From Octopus sinensis (Eukaryota): a stretch of 64,000 nt of DNA. A model generated the notes under the pieces. That model ran no database searches. It had not been told where the DNA came from and saw nothing but the letters and a program-made list of their open reading frames with translations. Each line of letters starts with the position of its first letter. The stretch's first letter is position 1. The stretch is taken from contig NC_043016.1 in NCBI RefSeq assembly GCF_006345805.1, positions 11,780,001 to 11,844,000 on the forward strand, given 5' to 3'. Positions 63,843 through 64,000 of the stretch are shown one piece after another. The position numbers and the translations under genes are program-made.

Positions 63843-64000
63843 ACATTTTAGAATAAGTTTGATTGTTTTGTTTTATCAAAAGGAAATATTTCTAACAAAT
63901 TATAAAGTTTAGATAATCTTCATTGCAAATGAAAATATCTATGAAAATCTGCCACACCACCAAACCATTTGTTGCAATCATGCAACAAAACTATTGTCTG

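Noticed and set aside
51037-64000. Search for the Smaug first coding exon (MFRDQV..WFxxWNECEQ-like)
   Set aside because: Not found by eye on the minus strand. The gene is treated as 5'-incomplete in this window.

Overview
Eukaryotic, AT-rich, repeat-dense genomic DNA. It is most likely an octopus or other coleoid cephalopod; this is inferred from the SINE/LINE families, not from a search. The window holds one spliced protein-coding gene on the minus strand, a Smaug/SAMD4 translational repressor. I reconstructed 11 coding exons (51036 down to the stop at 4897). All have AG/GT boundaries and compatible phases: 1871 nt, about 622 aa, covering the Smaug-similarity region, the SAM RNA-binding domain, the PHAT domain and the C-terminal motif. 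The first coding exon is not visible and probably lies beyond 64000. The rest is intron and 3' flank, filled with three tRNA-headed SINE families, RTE and CR1/L2 LINE fragments, piggyBac, hAT and mariner MITEs, a decayed Tc1-like transposase, two non-autonomous Helitrons, a probable solo LTR, two minisatellites and many microsatellites. Nearly all ORF-track entries are repeat-derived noise. The most notable observations are: (i) a 666-nt symmetric exon flanked by inverted SINEs, a candidate circRNA with an endless ORF at the position of the mammalian circSAMD4A exon; (ii) a 136-bp-arm near-perfect intronic hairpin; (iii) a stop-free LINE whose tail abuts a splice acceptor; (iv) an antisense solo LTR carrying tandem CRE-like motifs. 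Exon coordinates were counted by hand. Repeat boundaries are approximate (about 10-20 bp).
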